Below, in pieces: positions 19,446-29,536 of a DNA stretch of 64,000 nucleotides (position 1 is the first letter of the stretch; each line of letters begins with the position of its first letter). The stretch is taken from positions 1 to 64,000 of the forward strand of contig JAGXNO010000015.1 of the NCBI GenBank assembly GCA_019894975.1, given 5' to 3'. The translations under genes were made by a program, and so were the position numbers. The notes under the pieces were generated by a model, which saw nothing but the letters and a program-made list of their open reading frames with translations, searched no databases and had not been told where the DNA came from. The DNA is from Promethearchaeota archaeon. GTDB taxonomy: Archaea > Asgardarchaeota > Lokiarchaeia > Sigyniarchaeales > SOKP01.

Positions 19446-21227
19446 TTGATTAATCCTTTTAGTATTAGCTTGTTATCTATGGAAAAAGAACAAGACAAAA
19501 CAGAAATTAAGATTGACTTCTCAAGAGAGCGGAAATTTTTTGAGCAAGAAGGGAGTTCGAGAGTTATAACTTCTGGATCTCTTTATATGTTTTTCGCTCT
19601 AGTTAATGCGGGATGTATTTGGGTTTTCATAATACTAGCTACTAATTGGGAAGGACTAAAATATTTTGGTTTAACTACTGCAATAAATGGTATAGTTGGG
19701 TTGATTGGGATTGGGATTTCAAGATATTTTATTGCAGAAATTAAAACTGCTTTTATTATAAATGAAGAACTTGGACGTCTAAAAGCTGCTACTTATTCAA
19801 AAATCCTATTTTTAATTGGTTTATTCTTAGGTTTAGGGTTGATTATGATACCCTTTATGTTTGGGTCCATCTTGACAAATCCACTATTAAAAGAATGTAT
19901 TTTTGCTTCAGGATTTACCTCCATTTTATTACATACTAATTTTGTATTTCAAATAGGATTAGAAATTAAGAATAGATATGACATAATTGCCTTTCTATCA
20001 ATATTTGCGGGAATTTTCCTGTTGATTTGGGGATATATATTCATATCTTTCAATATTAATCCTTTTTGGTTTGCTTTTTATCCGTTTTTCAATATCACCA
20101 CTTTGTTTCTCTTGGCTTTTTATTTTTATAGGGAGGCTCCTTATACAATCATGGATATATTTAAAGCAGGTTTAAGGACGGATACTATGAAAGCTAGAAC
20201 TTCTCCAGACGTAAGAGAACTCATTGATGAGCACCAAATTTGGTTATATATGAAGAATTCGATATATTCAATATTAACAAATATACAAAACTCAAAATTT
20301 TTTGAGGATATTTTATTCTTCTTTGCTGCTATCTATTTAGCGATATACGCTGATACCGAATACCAAGGTTTTGCATTAAGTTTATTAACTGTTTTAATGA
20401 CTTATGGCGCCGTTAAATCCGTGATTTTATATTATTCTGCCCCATTAAATATTGAAATAGCTGAAGCTTGTGCAAAAGGTAGTTATACTACGGTTGAGAA
20501 TTCAATTAACGATTCTACAAGAGTATCTAGTATTTTAGCTCTTGGTTTTCTCACTGCGATGGTTGCACTTTCCGGAGAACTGTTACTTTATTTGCATAAG
20601 GATTTATTTTTAGATGGTGGGTCAATCAATACAGAAATCCTTACGATGGCACGAGCATTATTTATTCTTATAATTTTAGGTCAATTCCTTTATGGGTATT
20701 CAACATTGTTCGGAAACGCACTAATAGGTTCGGGAAATGCTAATTCAGCCGCGAGAGGTTTTCTAATAACAATAATATTAATATTCGTCTTATCTCCAAT
20801 TTTTATTTCTCTTCTTGGTTTAATAGGTATTGGGATTGTAATGTTAATTTCAGCATTATTTTTGTTACCTTATACAATTTGGCAACTCAAACGAAAGCTT
20901 AAGGTACATTATAATGTTAAAATCTACCGATTAATCCCCAATTTGATAATTTTATTTACCATTCTATGGTTGTTCCCTATTAAAACTACTATCATTTTAA
21001 TATTGGCTATAATCGTCGGAGCATCAATATATTTAATGTTAAATCCTTTCTTTGGGGTGTCTATCCCTGCTGATCTACAAATGATTAATGATTTATTCAA
21101 CGCCTTAAAAATGAAACAGTTGGGAGATATTATTGTTAATGCTATGAGAACAACATATAACCTGAGCCCTTTAAATAAGGATAAAATAGTTCTTGAAGAA
21201 GATAGATTAGTTTTAGTTAAGAAGTAG
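19446..21227 (+). CDS. MOP-superfamily (MATE/polysaccharide flippase-like) membrane protein
   Basis: About 14 TM segments; GIGISRYFIAE; ALIGSG...LSPIFISLLGLIGIGI. Confidence 0.6.
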   Translation: MINPFSISLLSMEKEQDKTEIKIDFSRERKFFEQEGSSRVITSGSLYMFFALVNAGCIWVFIILATNWEGLKYFGLTTAINGIVGLIGIGISRYFIAEIKTAFIINEELGRLKAATYSKILFLIGLFLGLGLIMIPFMFGSILTNPLLKECIFASGFTSILLHTNFVFQIGLEIKNRYDIIAFLSIFAGIFLLIWGYIFISFNINPFWFAFYPFFNITTLFLLAFYFYREAPYTIMDIFKAGLRTDTMKARTSPDVRELIDEHQIWLYMKNSIYSILTNIQNSKFFEDILFFFAAIYLAIYADTEYQGFALSLLTVLMTYGAVKSVILYYSAPLNIEIAEACAKGSYTTVENSINDSTRVSSILALGFLTAMVALSGELLLYLHKDLFLDGGSINTEILTMARALFILIILGQFLYGYSTLFGNALIGSGNANSAARGFLITIILIFVLSPIFISLLGLIGIGIVMLISALFLLPYTIWQLKRKLKVHYNVKIYRLIPNLIILFTILWLFPIKTTIILILAIIVGASIYLMLNPFFGVSIPADLQMINDLFNALKMKQLGDIIVNAMRTTYNLSPLNKDKIVLEEDRLVLVKK

Positions 21228-21245
21228 AATATCTTATATGTTTTA

Positions 21246-21716
21246 TTAATATTTTTCAGTTACCTGATTTCTTATTATTAAAATTATTAATAGAATTTGC
21301 ATTGCGATTAATGAATATAATAAAATATCAAGATAAAAACTCGCATGGATGTCTATACCGAGCCAATTTTTAATCCAACATCCTGGATCACCATTATTAA
21401 ATAGTAAGCAATCGGTGACTGATAAGTAAAGGATATGGAATCCTAATGAAAGAACTATTACAAGAATTCCTAAAATTATTTGAAAATAGAAACCTTTCTT
21501 AATACTTTGATTTTTAACAGGAGGATCAAATATAAATGATTGGCCTAATGATTTTTGATAGTTTTTCTTTACACGTCCAACAATTAGATCTTTTAAATTT
21601 TCATTCTCTTTCTTTAATAGGTTAATTTGGGTTATCAAATTCTGATAGCTATTCTCAGATTTGCCGACTTGTTTTTCAAAATCCCCGTTTTTTTTTTTTA
21701 CTTCTGATTTACTCAT
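21246..21716 (-). CDS. Hypothetical protein (coiled coil + 2 TM)
   Basis: 156-aa ORF with N-terminal heptads and two C-terminal hydrophobic helices. Confidence 0.65.
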   Translation of the reverse strand: MSKSEVKKKNGDFEKQVGKSENSYQNLITQINLLKKENENLKDLIVGRVKKNYQKSLGQSFIFDPPVKNQSIKKGFYFQIILGILVIVLSLGFHILYLSVTDCLLFNNGDPGCWIKNWLGIDIHASFYLDILLYSLIAMQILLIILIIRNQVTEKY

Positions 21717-21960
21717 AGTTAAATAAATATGATTTTTTTAGGAAAGATATCCTCGAATCTGTAAACCCCTAATAATCTTAACCCAATTTATTACAAACTG
21801 AATAGTTAATAAGACTTTTCATATTAAAAAGTAATTAAAATTTGATTTTTTCGTTACATTAAAACATATTTTGAAGTAAAACATATTTATAATAATGAGA
21901 AAATATTAATACCAAAAAAACGGAGCTCAAAAATCTTAATTACAAAAAAAGGAGGAAATT

Positions 21961-22821
21961 TTAATATTCATAGAATCCTTTTCCGCTTTTTCTCCCTAAA
22001 AGCCCTTCCCTTGCCATTTTTCTTAATAGAGGGCTTGGTTGATAGTTATTTCCAAGTTCTTTTTCTAAATATAATCCTATATGATCATAAATATCATTAC
22101 CTACTAAATCAGACAGCTCTAAAGGGCCAATAGGAAAATTAAATGCTAATTTACACGCAGTGTCGATATCTTCAGCGCTAGCGATTCCTTGTGCTAACAA
22201 GTTAATTGCTTCATTACACAATACATAAATTAGTCTGGTTGTTACAAAACCAGGGGTATCATTTACAGTCACTACTGTTTTATCTAGACTTTCAGAAAAT
22301 TTTTTTGATTTTTCCACAATTTCATCAGAAGTTTTCTTTCCTTTTATTAACTCAATTAGTTTCATTACTGGAGCTGGATTAAAAAAATGAATTCCTATTA
22401 TCCTCTCCTGATTTATCGATTTTGTTGCCATATCTGTAATACGTAATGATGATGTATTAGACGCAAGAATTACATCTTTCTCACATTGAGCATCCAGATC
22501 AGCGAATAAGTTTTGCTTTAATTCCATATCCTCAAATACTGCTTCAATTACCATCTGTGCATCTTTAATTGCTTCGTCTTTATTGACGAGTAAATTAATT
22601 CGATTTAAAATTCTTTCTGCTTCTTCTTTAGAGATTTTATTTTTATCAACATAAAATTTCTGTAAATTTTTATCTATCACTTCTTTAACTTTTCTTAATA
22701 TATCATCACTTACATCAACTAAGTTTACATTTATACCGTGAGTTGCTAATAACTGGGCAATTCCCGATCCCATAATTCCGGCTCCAATTACGCACACATT
22801 TTTTATATCCATAACTCTCAC
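21961..22821 (-). CDS. 3-hydroxyacyl-CoA dehydrogenase
   Basis: VIGAGIMGSGIA, IEAVFE, ASNTSS, GIHFFNPAP, GRKSGKGFY. Confidence 0.95.
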   Translation of the reverse strand: MRVMDIKNVCVIGAGIMGSGIAQLLATHGINVNLVDVSDDILRKVKEVIDKNLQKFYVDKNKISKEEAERILNRINLLVNKDEAIKDAQMVIEAVFEDMELKQNLFADLDAQCEKDVILASNTSSLRITDMATKSINQERIIGIHFFNPAPVMKLIELIKGKKTSDEIVEKSKKFSESLDKTVVTVNDTPGFVTTRLIYVLCNEAINLLAQGIASAEDIDTACKLAFNFPIGPLELSDLVGNDIYDHIGLYLEKELGNNYQPSPLLRKMAREGLLGRKSGKGFYEY

Positions 22822-23615
22822 TACTCTCTAAATTGGTTAAAATCAGGTTTTCTTTTTTCCAGAAATGCATTTTTCCCTTCTACTGCTTCATCAGTACCAT
22901 AATAAAACGATAAACCCCCAACTCCAAGTTGAGTAACCCCTGTAACCCCATCGGTCTCGGCCAAAAAGGCAAACTTTAGCATTTTTAATGCATTTGGACT
23001 CTTTTCTAGTAGTTCATTACACCATTGCTCTACTTCTTCATCTAATTTCTCCATAGGGACTACAGCATTCACAAGTCCCATTTCCAGAGCTTGCTGAGCA
23101 GTATAACGTCGACAAAGATACCAAATTTCTTTAGCACGTTTTATGCCTACGGCCCGCATTAAGTCCCCCGTTCCATAACCAGGATCAAAAGAGCCTACAC
23201 GTGGACCAGCCTGTCCTAATTGGGCATGTTCTGCTGCAATACTTAGATCACAGTTGACATGCCAAACATGGCCACCCCCAATTGCATATCCATTTACTCT
23301 TGCGATCACCGGTTTAGGTAAAGTACGGATAGAATGTGTAACACGTTGCCAACCGACTTCAAGAGGTAACATCTGACTTCCTTTATATCCCCCTTTTTCA
23401 CGAGTGCTCTGATCCCCACCAGTACAAAAAGCTTTTTCTCCGATACCTGTAAATACTACCACACCAATTTTATTATCAAAGCATTTATCAAAAGCATCCA
23501 TTAATTCATGAACAGTCTTTTGTGTGCATGCATTATAACGTTCAGGACGATTGATTGTTATTCGTGCCACTCGGTCTTTTTTTTCAAAAATTATATCTTC
23601 ATAATCCAAATTCAT
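22821..23615 (-). CDS. Crotonase-family MenB/BadI-like enzyme (DHNA-CoA synthase or ketocyclohexanecarboxyl-CoA hydrolase)
   Basis: AFCTGGDQS, GYAIGGGHV, GPRVGSFDPGYGT, EIWYLCRRY, AFLEKRKPDF. Confidence 0.85.
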   Translation of the reverse strand: MNLDYEDIIFEKKDRVARITINRPERYNACTQKTVHELMDAFDKCFDNKIGVVVFTGIGEKAFCTGGDQSTREKGGYKGSQMLPLEVGWQRVTHSIRTLPKPVIARVNGYAIGGGHVWHVNCDLSIAAEHAQLGQAGPRVGSFDPGYGTGDLMRAVGIKRAKEIWYLCRRYTAQQALEMGLVNAVVPMEKLDEEVEQWCNELLEKSPNALKMLKFAFLAETDGVTGVTQLGVGGLSFYYGTDEAVEGKNAFLEKRKPDFNQFRE

Positions 23616-23824
23616 ATCAACTCTAGTTTATTATAATTTCATTTTGATGAGTATTCATTAAACATAATCTCATAAGACTTAAAACAACTATCCAAAATAA
23701 GTGCTTATAATTTCTTCAACTTCTAGAACTCAAGTATACTTTCTCTACTTTTATTATAATAAAAATTGCGTGAAACCTTCATTTCACGAAGATTCAAAGT
23801 AAAATTATGATTTGCCATAAAATA

Positions 23825-24352
23825 CTAGAATACCATTTTTTGCTTAATTTCCTGAACCATTTTATACCCATTTTCGTTAATTTCAGTTATAATGTCTCTT
23901 AATATTTCGTTGATGGCCAAACCGTGCAAATCACACGATACATATAAAAGAGATAATATTTCCTTAGACAACATTGAAATATTTTTGATGTCATTAATTG
24001 GTATCCTTATTCCAAGGGCCTTCAAGTCTAAATGAGTTTCTTTTTCTTGTTGTCGAATTGTCAGTAAGACATCATTTTTTCTACCTTTCCACTCCTCGGT
24101 AATAGCTCTTATAGATAAGAGATAGCTTTTTGTTGGGCTTCCAATCCCCATGACATCTTTTGCAAAATCTAATGCTTCGGAATTTCTTAATGATTTTAAG
24201 CCAAAAGTTCTATTGACCTTATAGTTCTTATCTAACTTATTTTTCATTTTAGAAATTTCATCAGTTAATTGTTCGACTTTTAATGCTAACTTCTCAAATT
24301 TTTCAGTAAATAATTCCTCAACGTTAAATTCATAATTACTCATATTAGCCAC
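23825..24352 (-). CDS. Hypothetical protein
   Basis: 175-aa ORF with N-terminal coiled coil. Confidence 0.65.
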   Translation of the reverse strand: MANMSNYEFNVEELFTEKFEKLALKVEQLTDEISKMKNKLDKNYKVNRTFGLKSLRNSEALDFAKDVMGIGSPTKSYLLSIRAITEEWKGRKNDVLLTIRQQEKETHLDLKALGIRIPINDIKNISMLSKEILSLLYVSCDLHGLAINEILRDIITEINENGYKMVQEIKQKMVF

Positions 24353-24486
24353 TTGTAAAGATTAAATATAACATCATTTGAATTATTCTTTGATAAAACT
24401 ATTTATTAACCGTTTATTCGTCGGAGAATTTCTAATTTTTTAAAAAAAGAAATAAAAAATAAATGTGATTTTTAAATAAGAATTCT

Positions 24487-25719
24487 TTAAAAGGTTTGAT
24501 CTTGGTTGAATTCTTCGGATTCCTCTCCTACTTCAGTATCTTCATTGTTCCCACTATCTTTCTCTGTTAATATTATGTCATTCTCATCTTCGATTGGTTG
24601 AGATGATATTAATTCATCGATTTCCTTATCTTCTTCCCCATTTAATTTTCTTGTCTCTTTAGCATATTTATTGATCTCATAGATTCCAATTACGATTAAT
24701 AGCAATAGGAAAAATACTAAGACAGCTACGTTTTTAAGAAGATTAATAAGATCATTATTTAATTTAGATAACTCATTAATTAATGGAAAATCTATATTCG
24801 CAAATTTCGTATAAGGGAAGAATCGAATAAACTCATAAGTTACCTTGGAGAGAATTAACCATATAATTACTGTATCAAGTTTAAATCTTTTGAATCTTTT
24901 ACCAAGAAGCTCAGCTTGCGATCCCATAAGAGTACTGAGAGAGTAGAAAATTATAAACAAATCCGGGATAATCATGCCAATATAAGCCCAAACACTACTG
25001 ATTTCTTGAATATCCTGGAGATTCAATATTCCAAGATAGATCTTTAATACAAGGAACAGTGTATAAACGGAAACCAAAATTGCAAATGTACCAAACCAAC
25101 TTGCAAATGATTTCTTAAACATGAAAACAACACATACAACTGCAAGTCCGATAAGGATTCCTCCAACAAGAATATATACTCCATTTAGATATCCTGGCAC
25201 ATCAGTAGTAGGATCTAGTACGACTGTGATATCGAATATTGTAGGCCCAATTATAAAGAGATATAAAAACAGAAGAGCTCCAACCAATCCTCCAAAAAAG
25301 ATAACAACTCTTAGAAAAGATCTTGCTTTAGAAGTCTTAGATATTCTCGTATCAACATTTTTGCCTAACAAATAACAACCGTAAAGGATAAACCATGATG
25401 AAAAGAAAAAATACGAAATAACTGAAATTGCAAATAGAACTATAAGAACTACAGAGATCAGCAGCATAAGTGGTAAAGAAATCATTAAAAACAAAAGGAT
25501 TTTCCACGTTTCGTATTCAAAGATATTCTTTTTTGAAATTAGAGAGAGTAAGAATAAGAACATAAGAAATACTAAGAAAGGGAGGAATATTATTATACCA
25601 ACAAAAGAAACGTTTGGATCTGGGAAAGGAATTATTGCTATACCAACTAATAACCATATTACAATAACTAATAATCTCCAATTTTTGACTAGTTTCTTAA
25701 AGTTATCAATAATATCCAT
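24487..25719 (-). CDS. Hypothetical polytopic membrane protein with acidic C-terminal tail
   Basis: About 10 TM segments, Glu/Asp-rich tail. Confidence 0.75.
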   Translation of the reverse strand: MDIIDNFKKLVKNWRLLVIVIWLLVGIAIIPFPDPNVSFVGIIIFLPFLVFLMFLFLLSLISKKNIFEYETWKILLFLMISLPLMLLISVVLIVLFAISVISYFFFSSWFILYGCYLLGKNVDTRISKTSKARSFLRVVIFFGGLVGALLFLYLFIIGPTIFDITVVLDPTTDVPGYLNGVYILVGGILIGLAVVCVVFMFKKSFASWFGTFAILVSVYTLFLVLKIYLGILNLQDIQEISSVWAYIGMIIPDLFIIFYSLSTLMGSQAELLGKRFKRFKLDTVIIWLILSKVTYEFIRFFPYTKFANIDFPLINELSKLNNDLINLLKNVAVLVFFLLLLIVIGIYEINKYAKETRKLNGEEDKEIDELISSQPIEDENDIILTEKDSGNNEDTEVGEESEEFNQDQTF

Positions 25720-25819
25720 AAAAAATTAGTCAAACTCAATATATTTAAACTTTCTTATTCATACAAGCAATTTAAAAACTCTTAGGAACTATTAGAATGA
25801 GTCTAATTTAGGAATATTT

Positions 25820-26623
25820 CTATTTTACATATTCTGATAAGCTTTTTTGAGAGTTATAACTGTGAAAATTTATCCCAAATTTCTTTCTTAGATTATTTAC
25901 ACTTTCAGGAGCGGAACCTTGAAAATGGTTATTTACGATAATAAAAATTTCATATATTTCTGGTATCTCTCTTAAATTTTGAACGTTTTTATAAAGGTCT
26001 ATTAGAGCATTCTTTTGGGTTCTTTGAATTCGGTTAAAAACCGTCAGTTCTCTATCTCCAATTAACCTAATATAATAAATTTTTTGATTTTCCATGTAAT
26101 AGGGTATAATTCCCGGCATATACGTAGTACCAAGTATTATTTGATTACCATTGATAAATTGGGTTAGGATTTCAGAATTGAACCATGAATTGTCTCTTAA
26201 TTCAACTATATATTTATACTCTGAGGGGAGTTCATTAAATAATGATTTTAATTTACTAAAATGACTCTCTGAATACTTAAACCAAGGGGGGAATTGAAGT
26301 AGGAAAGCTTTAATTTTTCCCTTTAATGGTTCCATTGCAGAGAAAAACCTTACTAAATTTAAATCAAGTTCAGGATCATTAAGGTTATGAGTAATCTTTT
26401 GCCACACTTTAACAATAAAACGAAATTTCTCTGGTACACGTAATTTCCAATTTTTAACCATATTCAAGGAGGGTACATTATAAAAAGTTGAATTTATCTC
26501 AACAATATCAAAGTATTTTGAGAAATATTCCAAATGTCGGGTTCTTTCTAATTGTTTCGGATAAAAAGATCCAACCCAATCTTTATAATCCCATCCTGCA
26601 GTTCCAATATCAATTTTAGGCAT
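25820..26623 (-). CDS. DUF72 (YecE) family protein
   Basis: IGTAGWDYKDW, VEINSTFY, KITH, LLQFPPWF, VELRDNSW. Confidence 0.92.
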   Translation of the reverse strand: MPKIDIGTAGWDYKDWVGSFYPKQLERTRHLEYFSKYFDIVEINSTFYNVPSLNMVKNWKLRVPEKFRFIVKVWQKITHNLNDPELDLNLVRFFSAMEPLKGKIKAFLLQFPPWFKYSESHFSKLKSLFNELPSEYKYIVELRDNSWFNSEILTQFINGNQIILGTTYMPGIIPYYMENQKIYYIRLIGDRELTVFNRIQRTQKNALIDLYKNVQNLREIPEIYEIFIIVNNHFQGSAPESVNNLRKKFGINFHSYNSQKSLSEYVK

Positions 26624-26795
26624 GAAAAGTACATTTTTCTTGATTCAAATCTTATATGATCAATGATTTTTTACTATTATAACTATTTTTTTATGAAAAA
26701 TTAATTTAATTTTAAAGATTTAATAAAGAAGTTAATTATATTAAATATGAAGAAAGGATTATTATACATCTTAAAAATAAAATCAGTGAATTATT

Positions 26796-27524
26796 ATGGG
26801 TATAGATTGGGCAAAAATAGAGGAAAGTCCCAAAAAGAAGCTTTCTGTAGAGGGAAACACTTTATTAGATTTTAAAGCGAAAATTGGGGATTTAGAAAAG
26901 AGAATCAACCAGTTGGTTAAAGAATTAGAAGATCAATCAGGAGAGTTAGATACAATAAAAAAAAAATTAGTAGGTCGGGAAAAAAGTTTGATTCAGCTTA
27001 CTGAAAAGAGATCAACAGCTAGAAAAACTCTTGATAAAATTAAAGAAGAGAAACTCCATGCAGATATTAAGATAACGCAATTAACCGCAGCAAAATCCGA
27101 ATTAGAAAAACAACGTGATGAAAATGCTAAGAAAATTACAACATTGGAAAGCCAATTGAAGTTTAAAGCGAAAAATTCAGAGGAATTTGGAGAAAAAATA
27201 GTAATTAAAGAAAGAGAACTCCAAACTAAAGAAGAAGAGATGCTAAATAAAACTAAAAATATATTAGAAAAAGAAAAGGAAATTCAAAATATTAATTCTC
27301 TTTTAGACCAGCGAAATAAGGAAATAGATTTTCTTAAAAAGAATTTAGAAGTTGAGAAAGGAAAAACGTCTTATCAAATTAAAAGAGTTGAATCTATTGA
27401 GGCACAAATAGCGAAATCAGAAAGTATCTTATCTATTATTAAGAAAATAAAAGATTTAATCGATGTTAAAGGCTTTCTTAGTGATAAAGAACTTGAACCC
27501 TTATTAAAGGAAATAATGGATTAA
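26796..27524 (+). CDS. Coiled-coil protein (paralogue 1)
   Basis: Long heptad-rich rod; IDWAK head and KGFLSDKE tail. Confidence 0.8.
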   Translation: MGIDWAKIEESPKKKLSVEGNTLLDFKAKIGDLEKRINQLVKELEDQSGELDTIKKKLVGREKSLIQLTEKRSTARKTLDKIKEEKLHADIKITQLTAAKSELEKQRDENAKKITTLESQLKFKAKNSEEFGEKIVIKERELQTKEEEMLNKTKNILEKEKEIQNINSLLDQRNKEIDFLKKNLEVEKGKTSYQIKRVESIEAQIAKSESILSIIKKIKDLIDVKGFLSDKELEPLLKEIMD

Positions 27525-27668
27525 ATTTTTAATCTCAATTAAGTTGTAATAATACTTGGGTTTAAAAAATTTTAATATAAAATTTATATGTAATAGATTT
27601 TAAGACATTAAATATACTGTTATATAATAAAAATATCAAAAAGTAAAACTTATCAAATAATCAAAAAG

Positions 27669-28412
27669 GTGACAAAAATGTCAATAGACTGGGCCAAAGC
27701 CGAAGAACGCCCTGAGAAAAAGCTCGCTATTGAAGGAAGGTTCTTGTTAGATCTCAGATCCAAGGTCAACAATTTAGAAAAACAATTAGCTCAAACATCT
27801 AAGAACTTAGAGAAGACTTCAGATGAGCTTAAATCAATTAAAGAAAAATTCTCTGAAGCCTCGAATAAAGTAGAGGAACAGTCAAAGAGTCTCTTAGAAA
27901 CCCAAAAAAATTTCGAAAGAGCAAGAGAAGGAAAACTTTATGCAGATGCTGAAATTACCAAATTTAAAACTTCAAAAGCAGAGCTAGAAAAAGATCTCTC
28001 AGAAGCTAAATCTATAATCGTAGAATTAGAAAATAATGTTAAAGAAACCTCTTTAAAAGCAGAAACCATAGAAAAGGAAAAATCTAATGTGCTGGAAAAC
28101 TATGAACGCGAAAAGATGAGTATTAAGGATGAAATGCAACAAAAAGAAAATGAAATTGAGGATCTTAAAAAAGAATTACAAACAACAAATTCAGATAAAT
28201 ACGTAGAAATTGAATCCCTTAAGGATGACCGTGATGCCAAAGCGAATGAAGTAAACGCTCTTAAACTAAAAATTGAAGCTCTCGGTGAGACGATATCTGA
28301 AGCAAAAGGGGCACCCCAACTTATGGAGGAAATTAAAGGAATAATGGCTCATAAGGGTTTCCTTTCAGATAAGGAGTACGATGATTTAATCGAGAAATTA
28401 GAAAACACTTAA
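27669..28412 (+). CDS. Coiled-coil protein (paralogue 2)
   Basis: Same IDWAK and KGFLSDKE motifs as the upstream gene. Confidence 0.8.
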   Translation: MTKMSIDWAKAEERPEKKLAIEGRFLLDLRSKVNNLEKQLAQTSKNLEKTSDELKSIKEKFSEASNKVEEQSKSLLETQKNFERAREGKLYADAEITKFKTSKAELEKDLSEAKSIIVELENNVKETSLKAETIEKEKSNVLENYEREKMSIKDEMQQKENEIEDLKKELQTTNSDKYVEIESLKDDRDAKANEVNALKLKIEALGETISEAKGAPQLMEEIKGIMAHKGFLSDKEYDDLIEKLENT

Positions 28413-28435
28413 TAAATTCTCTTTATTGTATTAGA

Positions 28436-29530
28436 ATGGTTAACTTAATTTGGAAGAAAAAAGTAGACATATCAGTAAATTTAGAAACCTTAAAAAAAAA
28501 ATATTCTAATTTTTTTGAATCTTTCATTGTGGATTCATATTTAGAGGACTTTGATATTCCTGTTAATTCTTTTTCTAAAGAGTGGAAAAACAAATTATTC
28601 TGGGGGGAAAATAAAGAAGTTATATCTTATCTCTTAAATAATTTCGAAGACAAAATTGATTTAATTTACATTGATCCCCCTTTCTTTTCAGGTATTAATT
28701 ATGAAATCGAGGTTACAAAAGATGACAAGATTTTTGATTCAATTGCATATTATGACCATTGGGAGAAAGATTTAGATTCATACCTACAAATGATTTATGA
28801 GAGTATAGTATTATTTAAAAAATTATTATCAAAAACTGGATTAGTATTTATTCATTTGGATTGGCATGCGAGTCACTACATTAGATTGATATTAGATGAG
28901 GTTTTCGGTGACACTAATTTTGTAAATGATATTGTATGGTATTATTATAATAAATACTCATCTGGAAAGAAAAATTTACCTCGTGCTCATGATAATATTT
29001 TGGTATATTCTAAGTCAAATAAATACACTTTAAATGAAATTCGATTACCCCGTAAAAAGCCAAGAAAACAATTGATGCGAGTTAATGTTAATGGTGTGTT
29101 AAAAAATTTAAAAGATAAAGATGGACATGTAAAATATCGGGTTGTAAATGATAAAAAGTTAGACGATGTTTGGAGAATTCCATGTTTACAACCTGCCTCA
29201 AAGGAGTGGACTGGTTTTCCAACACAAAAACATCATGAATTACTTGAGAGAATTATTAGATTGGGATCTAAAGAAGGAGATTTAATTGCTGATTTTTTTT
29301 GTGGTTCTGGAACCTCTTTATTAATGGCTGAAAAATTAAAAAGAAAATGGATAGGATGCGATATCTCAGAGTACTCGATATACCTAACTAGAAATAGGAT
29401 TTTAAACTACCAGAGTGAATCTCAAACATATTACCCTTTAGAAATTTTAACTCATCTAAATACTGAAAAAAGAGAGATAATTGCTACAGGTTTTTTCGAA
29501 AAGCAAATATCCATAAAGAGAAAAAAATAA
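28436..29530 (+). CDS. Site-specific DNA amino-methyltransferase (beta class, N6A/N4C)
   Basis: DLIYIDPPF (motif IV) precedes FPTQK and DFFCGSGTS (motif I). Confidence 0.92.
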   Translation: MVNLIWKKKVDISVNLETLKKKYSNFFESFIVDSYLEDFDIPVNSFSKEWKNKLFWGENKEVISYLLNNFEDKIDLIYIDPPFFSGINYEIEVTKDDKIFDSIAYYDHWEKDLDSYLQMIYESIVLFKKLLSKTGLVFIHLDWHASHYIRLILDEVFGDTNFVNDIVWYYYNKYSSGKKNLPRAHDNILVYSKSNKYTLNEIRLPRKKPRKQLMRVNVNGVLKNLKDKDGHVKYRVVNDKKLDDVWRIPCLQPASKEWTGFPTQKHHELLERIIRLGSKEGDLIADFFCGSGTSLLMAEKLKRKWIGCDISEYSIYLTRNRILNYQSESQTYYPLEILTHLNTEKREIIATGFFEKQISIKRKK

Positions 29531-29536
29531 AGGGCG

